Assembly (NCBI GenBank): GCA_010405405.1 | Contig: MU004241.1 | Span: forward strand, 434,001 to 498,000 | Direction of reading: 5' to 3' | Length of the DNA: 64,000 bases | Source of the DNA: Microthyrium microscopicum | Lineage: Eukaryota | Translations under genes and position numbers: made by a program | In this document: piece by piece, positions 37,944 to 51,251 of the stretch | How the letters are laid out: the number at the start of each line of letters is the position of its first letter | Position numbering within the stretch: position 1 is the stretch's first letter | Notes under the pieces: generated by a model | Told to the model about the DNA's origin: nothing | The model's input: the letters and a program-made list of their open reading frames with translations, nothing else | The model's database searches: none

Positions 37944-39923
37944 ATGTTCTCCTCGACATTGAAGTGTCTGGTGACGGTATGGAGTCTGGCACTTTTAGTG
38001 CCCTCCGTACACTCCCAAGCCGTCAAACCACTCGTCGCAGAGCAAGGTGTAGGCGCATACCCGTTCGATATCAGCCAAGTCCGCCTAACGCCAAGTCGAT
38101 GGCTAGACAACCAAGGCCGTACATTGACCTATCTCAAATGGGTTGACATGGACCGTCTGCTCTACGTCTTTCGCGTAACCCACAAACTTCCAACAAATGG
38201 CGCCGCAAAGAACGGCGGATGGGACGCACCAACCTGGAGATTCCGCGGCCATATACAGGGACATTTGATGACCGCCTGGTCGCAATGCTATTCTCAATTA
38301 GGCGATCCAGTATGCCGCGAGCGCGCGCTAACAATGGTCAAAGAGCTGGCGAAATGTCAAGCAAATCCAGCCGGTTTCAAGCCTGGCTATCTCATGGGTT
38401 TCCCAGAATCTGAATTCGACGAACTAGAGCAACGTAATGGGACAATTCGATCCGGCAACGTGCCATGGTACGTCGTCCACAAAACCATGGCCGGACTCCT
38501 CGTACGTAGCCCAAGAAACTCTCTAATCCATCCACCATTACTAACATAATCCCTCCAGGACGTCTGGCGCACCCTCGGCGACAAAACAGCAGAAGACGTC
38601 CTCCTAAAACTCGCCTCCTGGGCTGACATCCGCACAAAACGCCTCCCCTACGCCACCATGCAATCCGTTCTCAAAATCGAATTCGGCGGCGTCGGCGCCG
38701 TCATGGTCGATCTGTACTACCAAACCGGCGACAAGCGCTGGCTAGACGTCGCCGCCCGCTTCGACCACGCCGCCGTAATCGACCCGCTATCTCGCAACCA
38801 AGACCGTCTCCTCGACCTCCACGCAAACACGCAGATCCCCAAATGGCTATCCGCCATCCGCGAATTCAAGGCAACGGGAAAACAACGATACAAAGACATC
38901 GCGGCGAATGCGTGGCAGATTGTGATTAACGCGCACACGTATTCCATCGGCGGGAACAGTCAAGGCGAAGCATTCAGAGCCGCCAACATGATCTCAAAAC
39001 AATTAACAGGCGCCGTGAACGAGGGGTGTAATAGCTACAACATGCTAAAGCTAACGCGAGAACTATGGAGTGTCGACGCCAACGCCAGCAACACGACATA
39101 TTTCGACTACTACGAGCGAACTTTACTCAACCATCTATTAGGGCAGCAGAATCCGCACGATCCACATGGCCATGTTACGTATTACACGGATCTCAAGCCT
39201 GGTGGGAAGCGCGGCCATGGACCGGATGGGAAGTTACGGTATACGGATGATTATGATTCGTTTTGGTGTTGTCAGGGGACAGGGACAGAGACGAATACGA
39301 AGTTTGCGGATTCGGTTTATTGGCGGGATGGGAGGAGTTTGACGCTTTATGTGAATCTTTTTACGCCGTCGGTTTTGAGTTGGAGGGAGAGGGGTGTGGT
39401 TGTTACGCAGAGGACGGGGTTTCCGACTTCTGATGTTTCCAAGATTAAGGTCATGGGCGGCGGTGGAGAGTGGACGATGAAGATACGCATTCCGTTTTGG
39501 ACTTTTGATGCGAAAGTGCTCGTTAATGGCAAGCCTGTGGAGGGCGTGAGGACAGGTAAGTATGCCAGCATATCGAGAACGTGGGTAGATGGGGATGAAG
39601 TGCAGATTCAACTCCCGATGAAGCTCTGGACGATGGCAGCAAATGATAGACGGGATATGGCGACGTTGTTCTATGGCCCAACAGTGTTGTCTGGAAACTA
39701 CGGCAATCAGCCTCTTCAAACAGCGCCAACTTTGGACCTTAGTTCGATTAAGCGTGTCGAGGGCAGTGGATTGCAGTTCACTGGAATGGCTGATGGAAAG
39801 CCAGTGTCGTTGAGTCAGTTCTATGATGCGCATGGGCATACCTATAACGTGTACTGGGTGATCAAAGGTAGTTTGCCGGTCAGTAGGACCATCTCCGATC
39901 AGGTCGAGGTTGAACTTCTTTAA
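37944..39923 (+). CDS. Secreted glycoside hydrolase, GH127/GH146 type (beta-L-arabinofuranosidase-like)
   Basis: Signal peptide; motifs GGWDAP, FRGHIQGH, PWYVVHK, HANTQIPK, EGCNSYNMLKL and FWCCQGTG. One intron at about 38502-38558. Confidence 0.9.
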
Positions 39924-40184
39924 TAGAACCTGTCATGCCTGGAGAGTCGCGCGGGTTCAGCTGCAGTACTCAGATACTAAATTCAAGAACCGAGATGCAG
40001 ACTTAGTTGACTGTCTATTTGATCAGCGTTTATGTTAGGGATATAGACATATCGAATATCAAAAGGCGAACAATGTGAAGCATTAGTGAAGGTTTGTATT
40101 CTGCAGTCTTGTTCACTACATTTACCTAGGCCATAAGCCTGGCACTCATTCTGAAATTATACATGACGCGAGGGTATGAAATTA

Positions 40185-42776
40185 CTACTCCCAGGTCGCA
40201 GGACCGAACTTGCCACCTGGAGCAGTGGCCTGAGTGGCGCCACCTTGGTAATCCTATGTGTCAATTAGCATGAGCCGCAAAGTAAGGAGCAGCAGTAAAC
40301 TTACCAGTGTCGTCGCAACAACGTTATTTCCCCACCAATTCGGCGGGTTTACCTGCGGCAACAGCAACGCAAAGAAGATGATAATGGTCGAGATGGCCAG
40401 ACCAGCATCTAGGGCAGCAGAGGTGACATAGTTGTACATCGACCACCAGCCACGATATCTATTGCGAATGAATTTGTTGAAGATGAATCCGACGAATCCC
40501 CAGGACAAGTACGTCAACGGAGTGGCAGGAGGCAAGTTGCCCGTACCGCCAAAGATGAGTGGCGCATTGATGTACTTGATAGGACTCTTTGGCCAGCGTT
40601 TAGCACCAAAGTATACCATGACAGGGAAGATGGCACCAACAAGCCAGAAGTATTGCAGATTCTTGTATGTGCCATCACCTGAAAAGATACGCTGAGGACC
40701 GATCAAGCCCCAGATAATACTCGCGTTGAAAAAGACGCGGCCGTTGGGGCAGGAAAACCGTGCGCTTTGCTTGAGATCGCAAATGTCGTTGATGTTGCCA
40801 AAAGCCCAGTAGAGAACAGCGACTTGGACAATGCAGCTCCAAAGAGAGGCGACTAGCTGACCCCAGAATAGAGTGCGCGGAGGAACCTTCATATAATGAC
40901 CAAGTTTGAGATCTTGGGCATATGTGAGACCCTGGGACATGCTGATGTAACCGTAAGTTTTAAAGCTCATCATGGCCAAGGGGCGACCTGGAAGCATGTA
41001 GCTGATGATGAACTCTGTGAAGACGTTGAGACCGATTTGAATGTTGGTAGTCGCTTGAATCATGCCAATTGGCACCTAGAATCGGTCAGAGATATACTGC
41101 GTAGGTTTCATTAATGGTACTTACCATCCAAACAATAGAGATGATAAGCGCTATGATCAATGCCCACCAAGTAAGATGGGTAGGGTACCCAAGCACTGTT
41201 CCAAAAGAAAATGCGACCATGATGACGAAGATGACACCGAACCACCAATCGGGTGCTTCCTTGTACTTCTTCATCAATTTCATATGGATATCATCCTCTT
41301 GCGTACGAGCTGCCTTGAATTGATACCAAATTTCCTTGCGGTGGAAGAGGTAGGTATGAACGATTACAGCAATGATCGTGGCAAAACTCAGACCATAAGT
41401 CAATCCGAATGTCGTGGACAAGAACAACGGCGAATATGATCTGTACTTGTCGACATCAAGCGTGTACTGATCGTTGATGATTCTGCTCACGTTGTACACA
41501 GCGCCTGTGTTATCATAACTGCTAGAGTCGCTCATTGGGAGATACTTGGCGTACCAAACTCCGGAGTAATGGATACCCATTGTTGTGACCCAGAAGAAGA
41601 TGAACATGCCGCCAACGGTATTCGCAATGGCGTGCCACGGTGGAAGTAGAGGACTGTATATATATGCAGTGATATATGTCCAATCAAAAGTGATGGGAAG
41701 GAGCGACAAGCCTGAAAATCCACCAAACAGCTGGTTAATCACAACGTTGTTGGGTCGAATCCAAGTAACAAAGGCGAACACACTGAGACCTTGCCAGATG
41801 AAACCAGGGAACCAGTACCAGACGAAGGAGCCCAGGCAGACAAATGAGAAGAAGCGATAACGAGATATCTGCCATCCGTTTGTGGTTGCTGGATCAGGCT
41901 TTGAATGGTCGTGGAGAGTGTAGAAAAGGGCACAGTTTGGTAGCACCGAAGGCCAGATCATAGCAGCTGGATAGACCAGGAATCGGCGGAAAACACCAGC
42001 AAGGCCTAGTCCAATCATCTGCGTTGATATGGTGAACAGGAGAGCAAATCCCCAGCCATAGTCAACCTTGTAGAAGCCGATGAGGGACTCTAGTCCGTAT
42101 GTGCTATATGCAGCACCTTGCGCAAATGACACGTTGGCCATGACTGTGATGAGAGCGTGTTCCTTCATGTTGAATGGGCCAGGATTCAGGGACCATTTGA
42201 GTCCAAAGGTGTTGAATTGATGTGATGGCATGAACTTGGCCCACAAGACACCAAATGGATAAGCCACCAATTGGGCCACAATGGAAGTAATCTGGATGGA
42301 TGGATTACGGAGAGAAAACAACAGGTTACAGCCAGTACCAATAGTCATGAAAAGCATTCCAAGAACCCAGGCGCGAACAGTGTTGGCAGGCATTTCCTCG
42401 TCCCAGTTGCGCACAGAGGCGACAACTTCGGGATAGGGACTGTTCTCTTCGAGTTCATGTTCCAAAGCGAGTTCAGCACCAACATTGTGCGAGTGGAGAG
42501 CATTCTCAATGGCACCTCGCTTCTCCTCTGTATATTAGTTAGTGGATGTGGTAGCAACAAATGCGCGAACAAACCTGGCAGATTGGGATCGAACTTATGC
42601 AAGTCATCAAACTGCTTCAAATGGGCCTCATCGACGGCGGCATTGGGAGGGGTAGTAGCATCAAGATCGTTGGAAGTGCTGTGTGATATTTTGCCATCTT
42701 CCGTAACTGGTGTCTCTTCTGCGACAACGCCTTGAGTGGGTTTAGAGCCCCAAGGCTTTCGAAAGCGGTTCATCAT
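40185..42776 (-). CDS. OPT-family oligopeptide transporter (isp4/OPT1-like), multi-exon
   Basis: Motifs ENSPYPEV, NTVRAWVLG, LNPGPFNMKEH, QDLKLGHYMKVPPR, SIIWGLIGP and NYVTSAALDAG. Confidence 0.95.
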
Positions 42777-45411
42777 GGCGATAGACCTTGGCACACCAGC
42801 GGGGTATTTTGGTGTTGAGTGTGGTTGTAGAGAGCGCAACGGCGCGTGTGAAGAAGTGGGCGACGATCCATGATATGGGGACTGTCGAGTGCTTTAAAGA
42901 GGCAGTCATGACTGAGTAGTGACTGAGTAGTGGCAAGGACGGTTCACCCAGCCTGCACCCTGAATGGCCTGAATACTGGTCGCTCTTTCTTTGTTAGTAC
43001 CATCTGGTCGGGATTTCGGGAAGGCGCAGAGTCGTGACTACCTCCTGGAGGATTTGTGGTAGTAAAGCTAAACGAAGTCAAATGCGATTATGCGAACCAG
43101 GAGTGGTGGTTGACAACGGCACGCGATAACGAACAGCGCGTCATGATAGGACGACCCACCAACATCGACCTCAATCGACGAATCGACGATACTTTTGGCC
43201 TGCTCCTTCACCCAGCATCTCGAGGTCCCCATTGAAGGATCAGCCGGGTTTACCATATATCTGGCAATGTGATAGGTTCAATGCTGGTGATCGTCATCAA
43301 GTCGCGCCAACCGGGACGGGGTTGTAGGAGAATTAGGAAGGTGAGAGGCCAGTGCGCTGAGTAGCATTGCAGCTACGATGTGACTTTGTAGATCTCAAAA
43401 CAGCCTTCTTTGACCGCGGTTGGACAAGCTTTTGATGTGGCTACCGCAAGCAATCTTGCCTCTAAACCTTATCTTCACTTCGGTTGGCGAGCTAACCACC
43501 CGTCCTGATGCATGTGGTGATAACGGATATTACCGTTGTCATCGCCCCCTCCATCTTCAATGTTCGGCACCTCCAACCGTACGAATGGTTGATGATCTGT
43601 CGGTGTTGCCACCTCCACCAGGCTCGCGGTCGAAAGGTTGCAAGTCCTGGTCTTCGCCGCTCACTTTTCAGCTGGGGAGTGGGGTTGAACAGGATCGCGG
43701 GTCCTTGCTGTTCATGTCATGCTGGACGGCGTACAACAGTCCGTGGCTATCTTTGGCCACGCGCCTTGCCACTCTCGATTGGCTTTGTGCATGGTGTTGC
43801 GAAGTAGAACGCTCAAAGAATGTTCTACGATACGGGGTATTTTCACCAGGCGGTTGTCTTATCGAATAATGGCCGTCGTCTTCACCATGTCGTATCATGT
43901 TTCAGCTTACGCCATAGCACATACGGTACTCCTCGCTATTGTCGCCTCAATGTTACACACCTTTTGATCGTTATTACGAGAATTTCTTTTCTCAATGCTT
44001 ATCACAAATGTCCATTTAGGAAAATTATGTAGGTCAGCCAAAATGAATATATATGCCACAACAATATCTATGACGTTGCTCAGAAGACGTCTCAACTCTC
44101 AAATGATTTGGAATATCACAATCGAATCAATTCGTGCTCATGATATTTATATCGCATTTCTTATCTCATGCTCTAGATTACTGTGTTGATATCAGCATAA
44201 AATGCTACGTCGGTGCTACCATCTACTCCACTAACACTTCAGCTATGACAATGCCAAAAGACACTATCCTTCGTAAACGCCAAATGCTGTCAGCCGCATG
44301 CCAAGTGCCACTACTGTATAATCCTTCTAGAAGCCGTTGAGTTCAATGTTGGAACATTCTACCTGTGGGGGACATCGTGCAACCAATCATATAAGAAAAA
44401 TGACACTCTATCACGAAGCCTTCAAGCACATTTGGACCTGCAATGGACTAATATGATGCGCAACCTGCTCAATCCTCACTGCAGTGCTGAACTCCTTCAA
44501 ATGCCATAAGACCCATATCTTATCTTCTCGTTACCAGCCCACCTTGCCCACCACCGCAACCCATGCCAACACAACCCATGCCATGCATCAGACTGAACCA
44601 CAGTCTACCACCCCTCTCTCGGCGCTTTGACATTCCCACGCCCCCATGTTGAATACCGTCCAGACCAAACGTAAATCCAGTCGTCTATTGGCCAGACTAG
44701 TACAGGATTCACTGAACCGTGTCTAGCCGCTCACCAACCTAGCTCGTATTCAAGGGCCCTTGTAGTTGCACGGCAGTACTTGGTTCAATGCTTGTTGATT
44801 CGCGAAAGGGTGTGAGGTGGACTGGTGGCTGGGACGAGCAGGATGCTTGATTTGCGGTAAGCATTTTGTGTCATGGCTTGGAATGGAGTAGGTGAGGTGG
44901 ATGAAATGGATGAAATGGATGAAGGATTTGTGATGACTGGTACTTTGAGTGCTCTGATAACCAGGTAGCTTTGGGATTTGCGTGTAGGCAGTAAGAGGAT
45001 GTAAAAAATCCTAAGGGGCAGATATGGGATAAGTGTGTGTAGAGTCGGTCGAGCTAGGACTTCCTTGTCTATAGGTTTAAAGTGTAGACCATAGGATTAT
45101 GCTATGTGTTTGAACTCGGATTATTCTATTCCTTCCTGGAGGTTGAGTCTTGATTCTCTAAAGACCAGTGGCAGATGTGTGCAGCTGCAGTCATCAAAGT
45201 CAATCGGCAGGACAAGTAAGTATTCTTTCATCGGTGTATTCATGATTGGCTGAACAATGCTATAGCAAAACCCTATAAATTCTAGCTACCTCAATGGTAA
45301 CATGTACACGCTATGCATCTAGTGTCCCTGGGGTATCAATCGCTAGAGTAACCAAACCTCATGACGCTTTCGTCAGCCAAACTGGAACATGGCAAGGCCG
45401 CAACATATGCT

Positions 45412-46448
45412 CTACTTGCGCTTTGCCTCTTGTTCCGCCATGAACTCTTCATAGTCCTGAATGGCGGTTGGATGGCCCGTCTCTGCTTCAATATCCACCA
45501 GCCGCTTGAAGACAAGAGGATGCTCCATGAAGAGAAAGTCTGCAATCGCCGTAGCCTCGGACAGCTTATCATCATGCATCTGAGTCGTGAGTCCCTTCCA
45601 AAATTCACGGGCCCACATAGCGTTTGGTTGAGCGCGAGCAGCAACTACCACCAACTTGACCTGCTCAAGACTCATAGGCTGCTGCTTAGCCAATTGTGCA
45701 ATCTGTCGGGCAAATGCGGCTGTAAAATACTTGAACTCTTGGCCAAGATGCGCGAATGTGTGATGGAAGCCCCATAACTCAGCGAAGCTGTCGAGGTGCA
45801 CCGCGAGTGCATCGACTATATTGACTTTGGGTGGTAGTGTATCGGAAGAGCAGAGGCGTAAGAACCATTGACAGATTTTGTCAAGAGATTTGATATCGAA
45901 ATCTGATGGTCGTAGAATGATGATGTTCTTGTCGGTAATATTGAATTGATGGGGGCGGGAAGTTGAACGTGGCACACATGCTTTGAAGACTTCGACCTGA
46001 GTTTCGTTAGTGTAAGTTTACGAAAGGGTGTTACCAAAGCTTGAAGGAGTAGAAAAGACCAAACGGTCTTTTGAAAGTGACATGTCATCGTGCCCCGTGA
46101 TAGCCATCGAGTGTTATGGGAAGTATAGCAGGCTATGGAATCACAACTTGATGTTTCCAAATGAAGAGAACCTACCGGGAATTGTGGGACCATGATAGTG
46201 AGAGCATGGTTTCCATCGTGCCAGACGATGTCAACCAGGGGAGAATTGAGAATGTTTTGACGATCGGAATAGCTCAGGTCTAGAATGTGTTGGGGAACTT
46301 GAACATTGCGATGCATGGCTTGGGGAGCGGTGTCTTTCGCCTGGTTTTGATTTTTGCGCTTTGACCGGCAATTCTTCTTGTTGGCGACCAAAGATTCGGT
46401 GGCGGCTGTAGGAACAGGTTCGGGCGATGGAGATGACTTTGGAGACAT
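45412..46448 (-). CDS. Hypothetical protein (spliced; exon boundaries uncertain)
   Basis: ATG at 46448 (MSPKSSPSPEP...) and a downstream 187-aa ORF in another frame, implying an intron at about 46170-45990. No family recognised. Confidence 0.5.
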
Positions 46449-46737
46449 GATGAAGTAAACTTGAAGCTGAAGATGTAGTGATTGTGTTGATGCGGAAGCG
46501 AAGGATGTTTGGTTAGGCAATTTTGCATGGAAGAAAACTGTGTTGAAAATTGGACGAGTGTGAAGAAGGCGAAGGATAATATACTAGGCAACAGTTTGTT
46601 ATTTTCCTTAGTGACTGGGCTACAAGGTCGCTCTTTCCGTAAAAAATCAGGCGTGAATTTTAGCTGGTCCATTTCCCCAAGCTTATATTATTCTGCTGAA
46701 ACTTCTGAAGAAAATAACAAGCGAAATAAGAAACTGC

Positions 46738-47588
46738 TCAAGGTGAGTGACTTCTGCTTTTGTGCTTGACCGGAAGGCGATCTCTATCTCTACTGCGACT
46801 CCGACTTTGCCTCGAGGTATGGTGTCTATCCTTCCGAGCTTCTCGTGGCTCCTCATTGGCTTCGCGCTGTCTATCTCTCCTGGGTCCATTGGGCTCCGAG
46901 TGACGGCTCCGGCGGTCCTGATGACGATCTCGACTATGTGATCTATCTCTATGTCGATGTTTATCCGCACCTCTATCGCGTCTAGGTGACCTCTCGCGAG
47001 AATATGATCTTCTCCTATCCTGGGATCGATGTCTCCGTCGCTCTCTGTGACGTTCACTTCTGTCATGATCCCGAGAATGATTCCGCTTATGTCTCCGCTC
47101 GCGATCTCTGCTCCGACTACGTCTTCGTTTCCGTTTCTCTTCTTTGGGTGCTTCTTCTAGCTTGTTTCCTGGTCCGTTGCCGAGGGGCATCATGTTGGCA
47201 TTCTGCTCTTCTGGTGGTGGAAGCCCCAATGCAATAGCTCGAGCAGCCTTCTCTGCTTCCTTGACCTTTCGTAGCTCCTCCGCTCTCGCCTCCGCCTCAG
47301 ATTTATTGGAGTCACCTTTGGCATACCATGTCAAGTCACGTCCCTGTTGCCATCTGCCGACAGCTAGATCTATTGTTAGCAACATGCGCAATGTCAATCG
47401 AATAGGAGGACATACGAGCCATGAGCGAATGGCCCAGATAGTTTTCGCGCTGGGAATCTTTTTGGACATCTTCCCACTTGAAGTCGCCGCGACCACCGCT
47501 AGAAGCTTATTAGCGTTCATCACAAGACACACAGAGGACGTTATACATACCGGCTTCCTTCTTTGCGCACAGTCTGCAGTAAATCCAT
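46738..47588 (-). CDS. MMtag-domain (C1orf35-like) protein with RS-rich tail, 3 exons
   Basis: Spliced MDLLQTVRKEGSR|GGRGDFKWEDVQKDSQRENYLGHSLMA|xVGRWQQGRDLTWYAK, followed by an Arg/Ser/Asp-rich C-terminus. Confidence 0.88.
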
Positions 47589-47956
47589 GTTTGATTTTGA
47601 TAAGAAGGTGAGGGGCAAGATGGCATGACACTCATGAGATGAGGTTGGGAAATTGAACCTAAAAGAAGGCAACAGGGATATGTACGGTAAGTGACAGGGT
47701 TGCGGCCTCCTCAAGCGCTTGTCAGTGAAACGCGACTTAGACGCGCCACAGACGCCTACTGTAGTTTCTAATTATATTTTGGAATGCTGATGCAAACCTT
47801 CACTCAACCACCAACAATACTCAATTGCCCATTCATTAATCATCGTATTCGCTCATTCTCAACGTGAAAATACCCTAGTCCCATATCTATCTCATCCCTC
47901 GCTCCTTGCCTCGAGCTTTCCAATAAGTTGCGAGTCTCCGTACAAGCCCCCCTACG

Positions 47957-48994
47957 ATGGAGGAACGGCTTCTAAATGGCAAGCCATTCGACGAAATAGC
48001 CTGGCGGAACAATGATCTGATCAACTTTCTCAATGGTGTCTGGCCTGAGAACGTACATCGATACTTCCTCTTCTCCGACTTCTGCGACAAAGACTCGACC
48101 AACTCTACCACCGCTACACAATTGTCAGGAAACCCGAATACACATGGCGCTGTATACGATCGAGCCGAGTTTGAGCGACAAGTCAAAGCAGCTAAAGGAA
48201 AGGAGTACCTGGTAGTCGACGGACCAGACAAAACTGTGGATGGTTTCAATCCCGTCTGGGTCATTCGAAAACAACAACGAAATCGAACAGCAGGAGGGCG
48301 ACCCGATGATGTATCACTCGAAGGAACTTACTTTTGTGTCAATCAGCAGCTGTATCAGTCTCCGTCATTATATGATATCATGGCACAAAATCTGGCAAGT
48401 AATTTTATGCGCGCTTCACCGTGGCTTTTCTAATCAAAGTAGCTTAACATCCAGGATAAACTCGAAGACTTTCACACGACTGCTGCCGAAATGCCATTAT
48501 TCAACCCCCAGGAAGGATACAACTACTTCTCCCCCGATGCATTAGCCAAACGCGAAGCCGCCTCTCGAAACGCGAGCGTTGCTAGTACTCCAGGCCCAGG
48601 CGCATTGACCGAAAACACAAACTCAGGCGCATCAAAGATGGACGCGGATCGACAAGAGCAAGTGGCCATGCTACAATCGCTGGAAGCCAGCATTCGTTTC
48701 GGTGGAGAATACATGGACGTGAACCCAATCGTAGGCGAGCCCGGCAAGCTTTCCTTCCAATCAACAGACAGTCATCTACAAGCACAAGCAGCCGCGCGAG
48801 CAAAAGCGGCAGCCGACAAGGCAGCGAAAGAAGCTAGATCAGCTGAAGTATCTGCCATGTCAAGCCCGTTCGCAGATACGCGGCCAGTGAAGAAGGGCAG
48901 CAAGGCTGAGAAGACGATAGGGAAAGAGAATCGACTCAAGCGGCGGAAGAGCAAAGGTCCTGGAGCGACGGGCAGCCCTGAAGCTTCTGTCTAG
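47957..48994 (+). CDS. MED6: Mediator complex subunit Med6
   Basis: Motifs DEIAWR, ENVHRYFLFSDFCDKDSTN, GKEYLVV, VWVIRKQQR, TYF...LYQSPSLYDIM and GEYMDVNPIVGEPG. In-frame GC-AG intron at 48395-48442. Confidence 0.88.
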
Positions 48995-49667
48995 CAGAAG
49001 AAGCTGAAGCGCAGCCGTCCTCGTTAGGGCGCCTTGTATACCACGCATGAATTATGAACTGGCGTTTTTGTGTATTGCACATTTCAGTGCGTCAAAAGAG
49101 CGATATTACTGCATGAGCTGAACCAGATACAGGATCGAAGATAATGGCTCCTCGATTTGCATGTTCTTGGTGACGAAGAAACGATGCTCAGGAAAGGTCT
49201 AGCAGAGCTCGACGGTATGCGATCCACGAGCTGGCAAGATAAATGACGCGCTACCGTTACTTGCGATAGGTATCTACCATCACTCATGACAACGAGGATA
49301 TGCTTTGCTCTCCGGCGTTGTCGATGAGTGATTCTCTACAGAAGTGCTGGGACATAAAGCACCTGTTGGGAGAACGTGGCCGAATTGGAGGCCATGCAAT
49401 TGCTGAGACATGCCAATTATTCTTGTCCACTCGTTGTGTCATAACTCTGGGTGAATTCCAGTCATGAATCAGTGATTTGATATATGGCTTAGCATTCAAA
49501 GCAGCTTTCGCCTTTCTGCACGGTTGTGGTCCTGCATGGAGGCAGTCCACTATTTGATACAAAGTAACCTTCTAGTCGACAGAACTTGATACACACTCAT
49601 CAAATGCGACGCATACTACTGCATCTTTATAAAATCAAAAATATGATTTACATAAAGAAATACCATC

Positions 49668-50320
49668 TCACACCCAAGCCAGCCCATAATGAACACCTAT
49701 ATCCCATTCAACACCCCAATCATCCGGCACAACGCCAATAGACCCCCCTCTCGCCCCACACACCTCTGTAACCTTCTTCAGCGCCTTTCCTACATCCGAG
49801 CACGGAAGCTCAAAGACATGGCCAACTTCCCTCCCACCGTCGGGGCCATGATATGTGCGCATGCTGACCTTTACATCACCCATTTCGCACAGTTGGTTGC
49901 ACTTCCCATCGGATGCTTCGCATTGCTCGTCGGCAGAGTTTAGGAGGATGTTGATACAGCTGGCGACGCCTTTGAATTGGAAGGTGGTCATGTTTTGGAA
50001 GGGCGAGTTGCAAATTGGGCCGTAGCGCAGGGCCCGTCGTTTTGATAGGGGGGGTGCGGTGATGGCTGGAATTTGTCAGTATAAGATTACGCCTGAAAAG
50101 ATTAAATGGTCTTTTTGAGGTGGATCTGTAGAGCTCCAATTGCTCCTGGTGGGATCCATAGTATTCAATCAGGAACGCGTTTTATGGCAGCCATCGGTTT
50201 CGATGGGAGATATGATTGCTTTCGTCCCAACACATGTCATCAAGAAATGTGATTTGGCACGGGGAATGGCTTACCTGTGGGGATTACGGTGAGGATGGTG
50301 AGGAGGAGTGTTGGCTTCAT
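49668..50320 (-). CDS. Small secreted cysteine-rich effector-like protein (possible KP4/Ecp2-like fold)
   Basis: Exon 1 MKPTLLLTILTVIPT, intron at about 50274-50066, then AITAPPLSKRRALRYGPIC... in frame with the 107-aa ORF. Kex2 site LSKR and 7 Cys. Confidence 0.7.
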
Positions 50321-50745
50321 GGCTATCGTTGTTTTTGGCGTTAGGATTGGTTGTTGGTGAGGTAAGGTGAGGTCTGGAATTTTATGTTCTGCTGAAGTCG
50401 ATGAGGAAAGGTGAAGTTGATGGAGCGTCTTGAATTTTCTCCGTGTACGTTTCTTCTGTGCTAATCTTTAGTATGATAGTCTTTCTGAACCTTAGTGTTG
50501 TGCTGCTAGCCAGCCGGTACTGACTATTCGCAAAAAACTATAGTCTTGCTCTGGTATTCTACTAAATAAGAAGCGTGAATTAGCTCACCACCTAGAGATA
50601 AGCTCAGGATCTGCAAGATATCAGACAGTATTGAAATTGCTGAATACGGAATCAGAGAATACATTACTACATTGTTCCAGAATACGCTTCTTCAAAAGAG
50701 CTAGATGAAAGGTGGTAATGTTAAGCTACGGATGGCAAACGGATG

Positions 50746-51251
50746 GATAAAATAAACGGCGTGTCATCAGCTTTGATAACTTCCATCCGCTGCGATCTAG
50801 TATGGTCAAATCTATTCCTATAAAATACGTGAACGAGATACTGTTTATAAGATGCAATGGCGGACATCGCACTTGATGGGATCGTGCCATTGATCTTGTC
50901 ACTCTGTTGAGATGGTCTTTGGTGATGAGACTTTGATGATTTGGGTTTAGAGCTTGTAAGGTCACAGTAAAATCGCTTCTTCAAATGGTGACAGAGACCT
51001 CGAAGTCCAAAGGTTGGAACTGTTGTGTCAACCTTAAAGTCTTTGTAAAACCTGGTGACAAAATAAATGGCGCGCTCCCATCCAGTGCGGTGTCTCCCAT
51101 CACACTTCTTAAAGACAAGCTACTTGAGATCTCACCGCATGCGATGAGGAATCGAGTGAAAGACGCATTGAATAAATGATATGCTTCAAGATAAAGCGTA
51201 GCAGATGGTAGACATCATACTTGATGGGAAGCGTGCCACTTGTTTTGTCGC
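50746..51251. repeat. Degenerate nested inverted repeats (four copies of a ~45-60 bp motif)
   Basis: 50857-50902 (minus) versus 51055-51100 (plus) match at 38/46 by manual alignment. More diverged related copies lie at about 50746-50804 (plus) and 51185-51251 (minus). Confidence 0.65.

Noticed and set aside
44895..44927. GGATGAAAT short tandem repeat
   Set aside because: About three copies in intergenic DNA; ordinary slippage.
1..45000. Starship-type giant element carrying the accessory genes
   Set aside because: No DUF3435 tyrosine recombinase captain or element boundaries are recognisable in the window.
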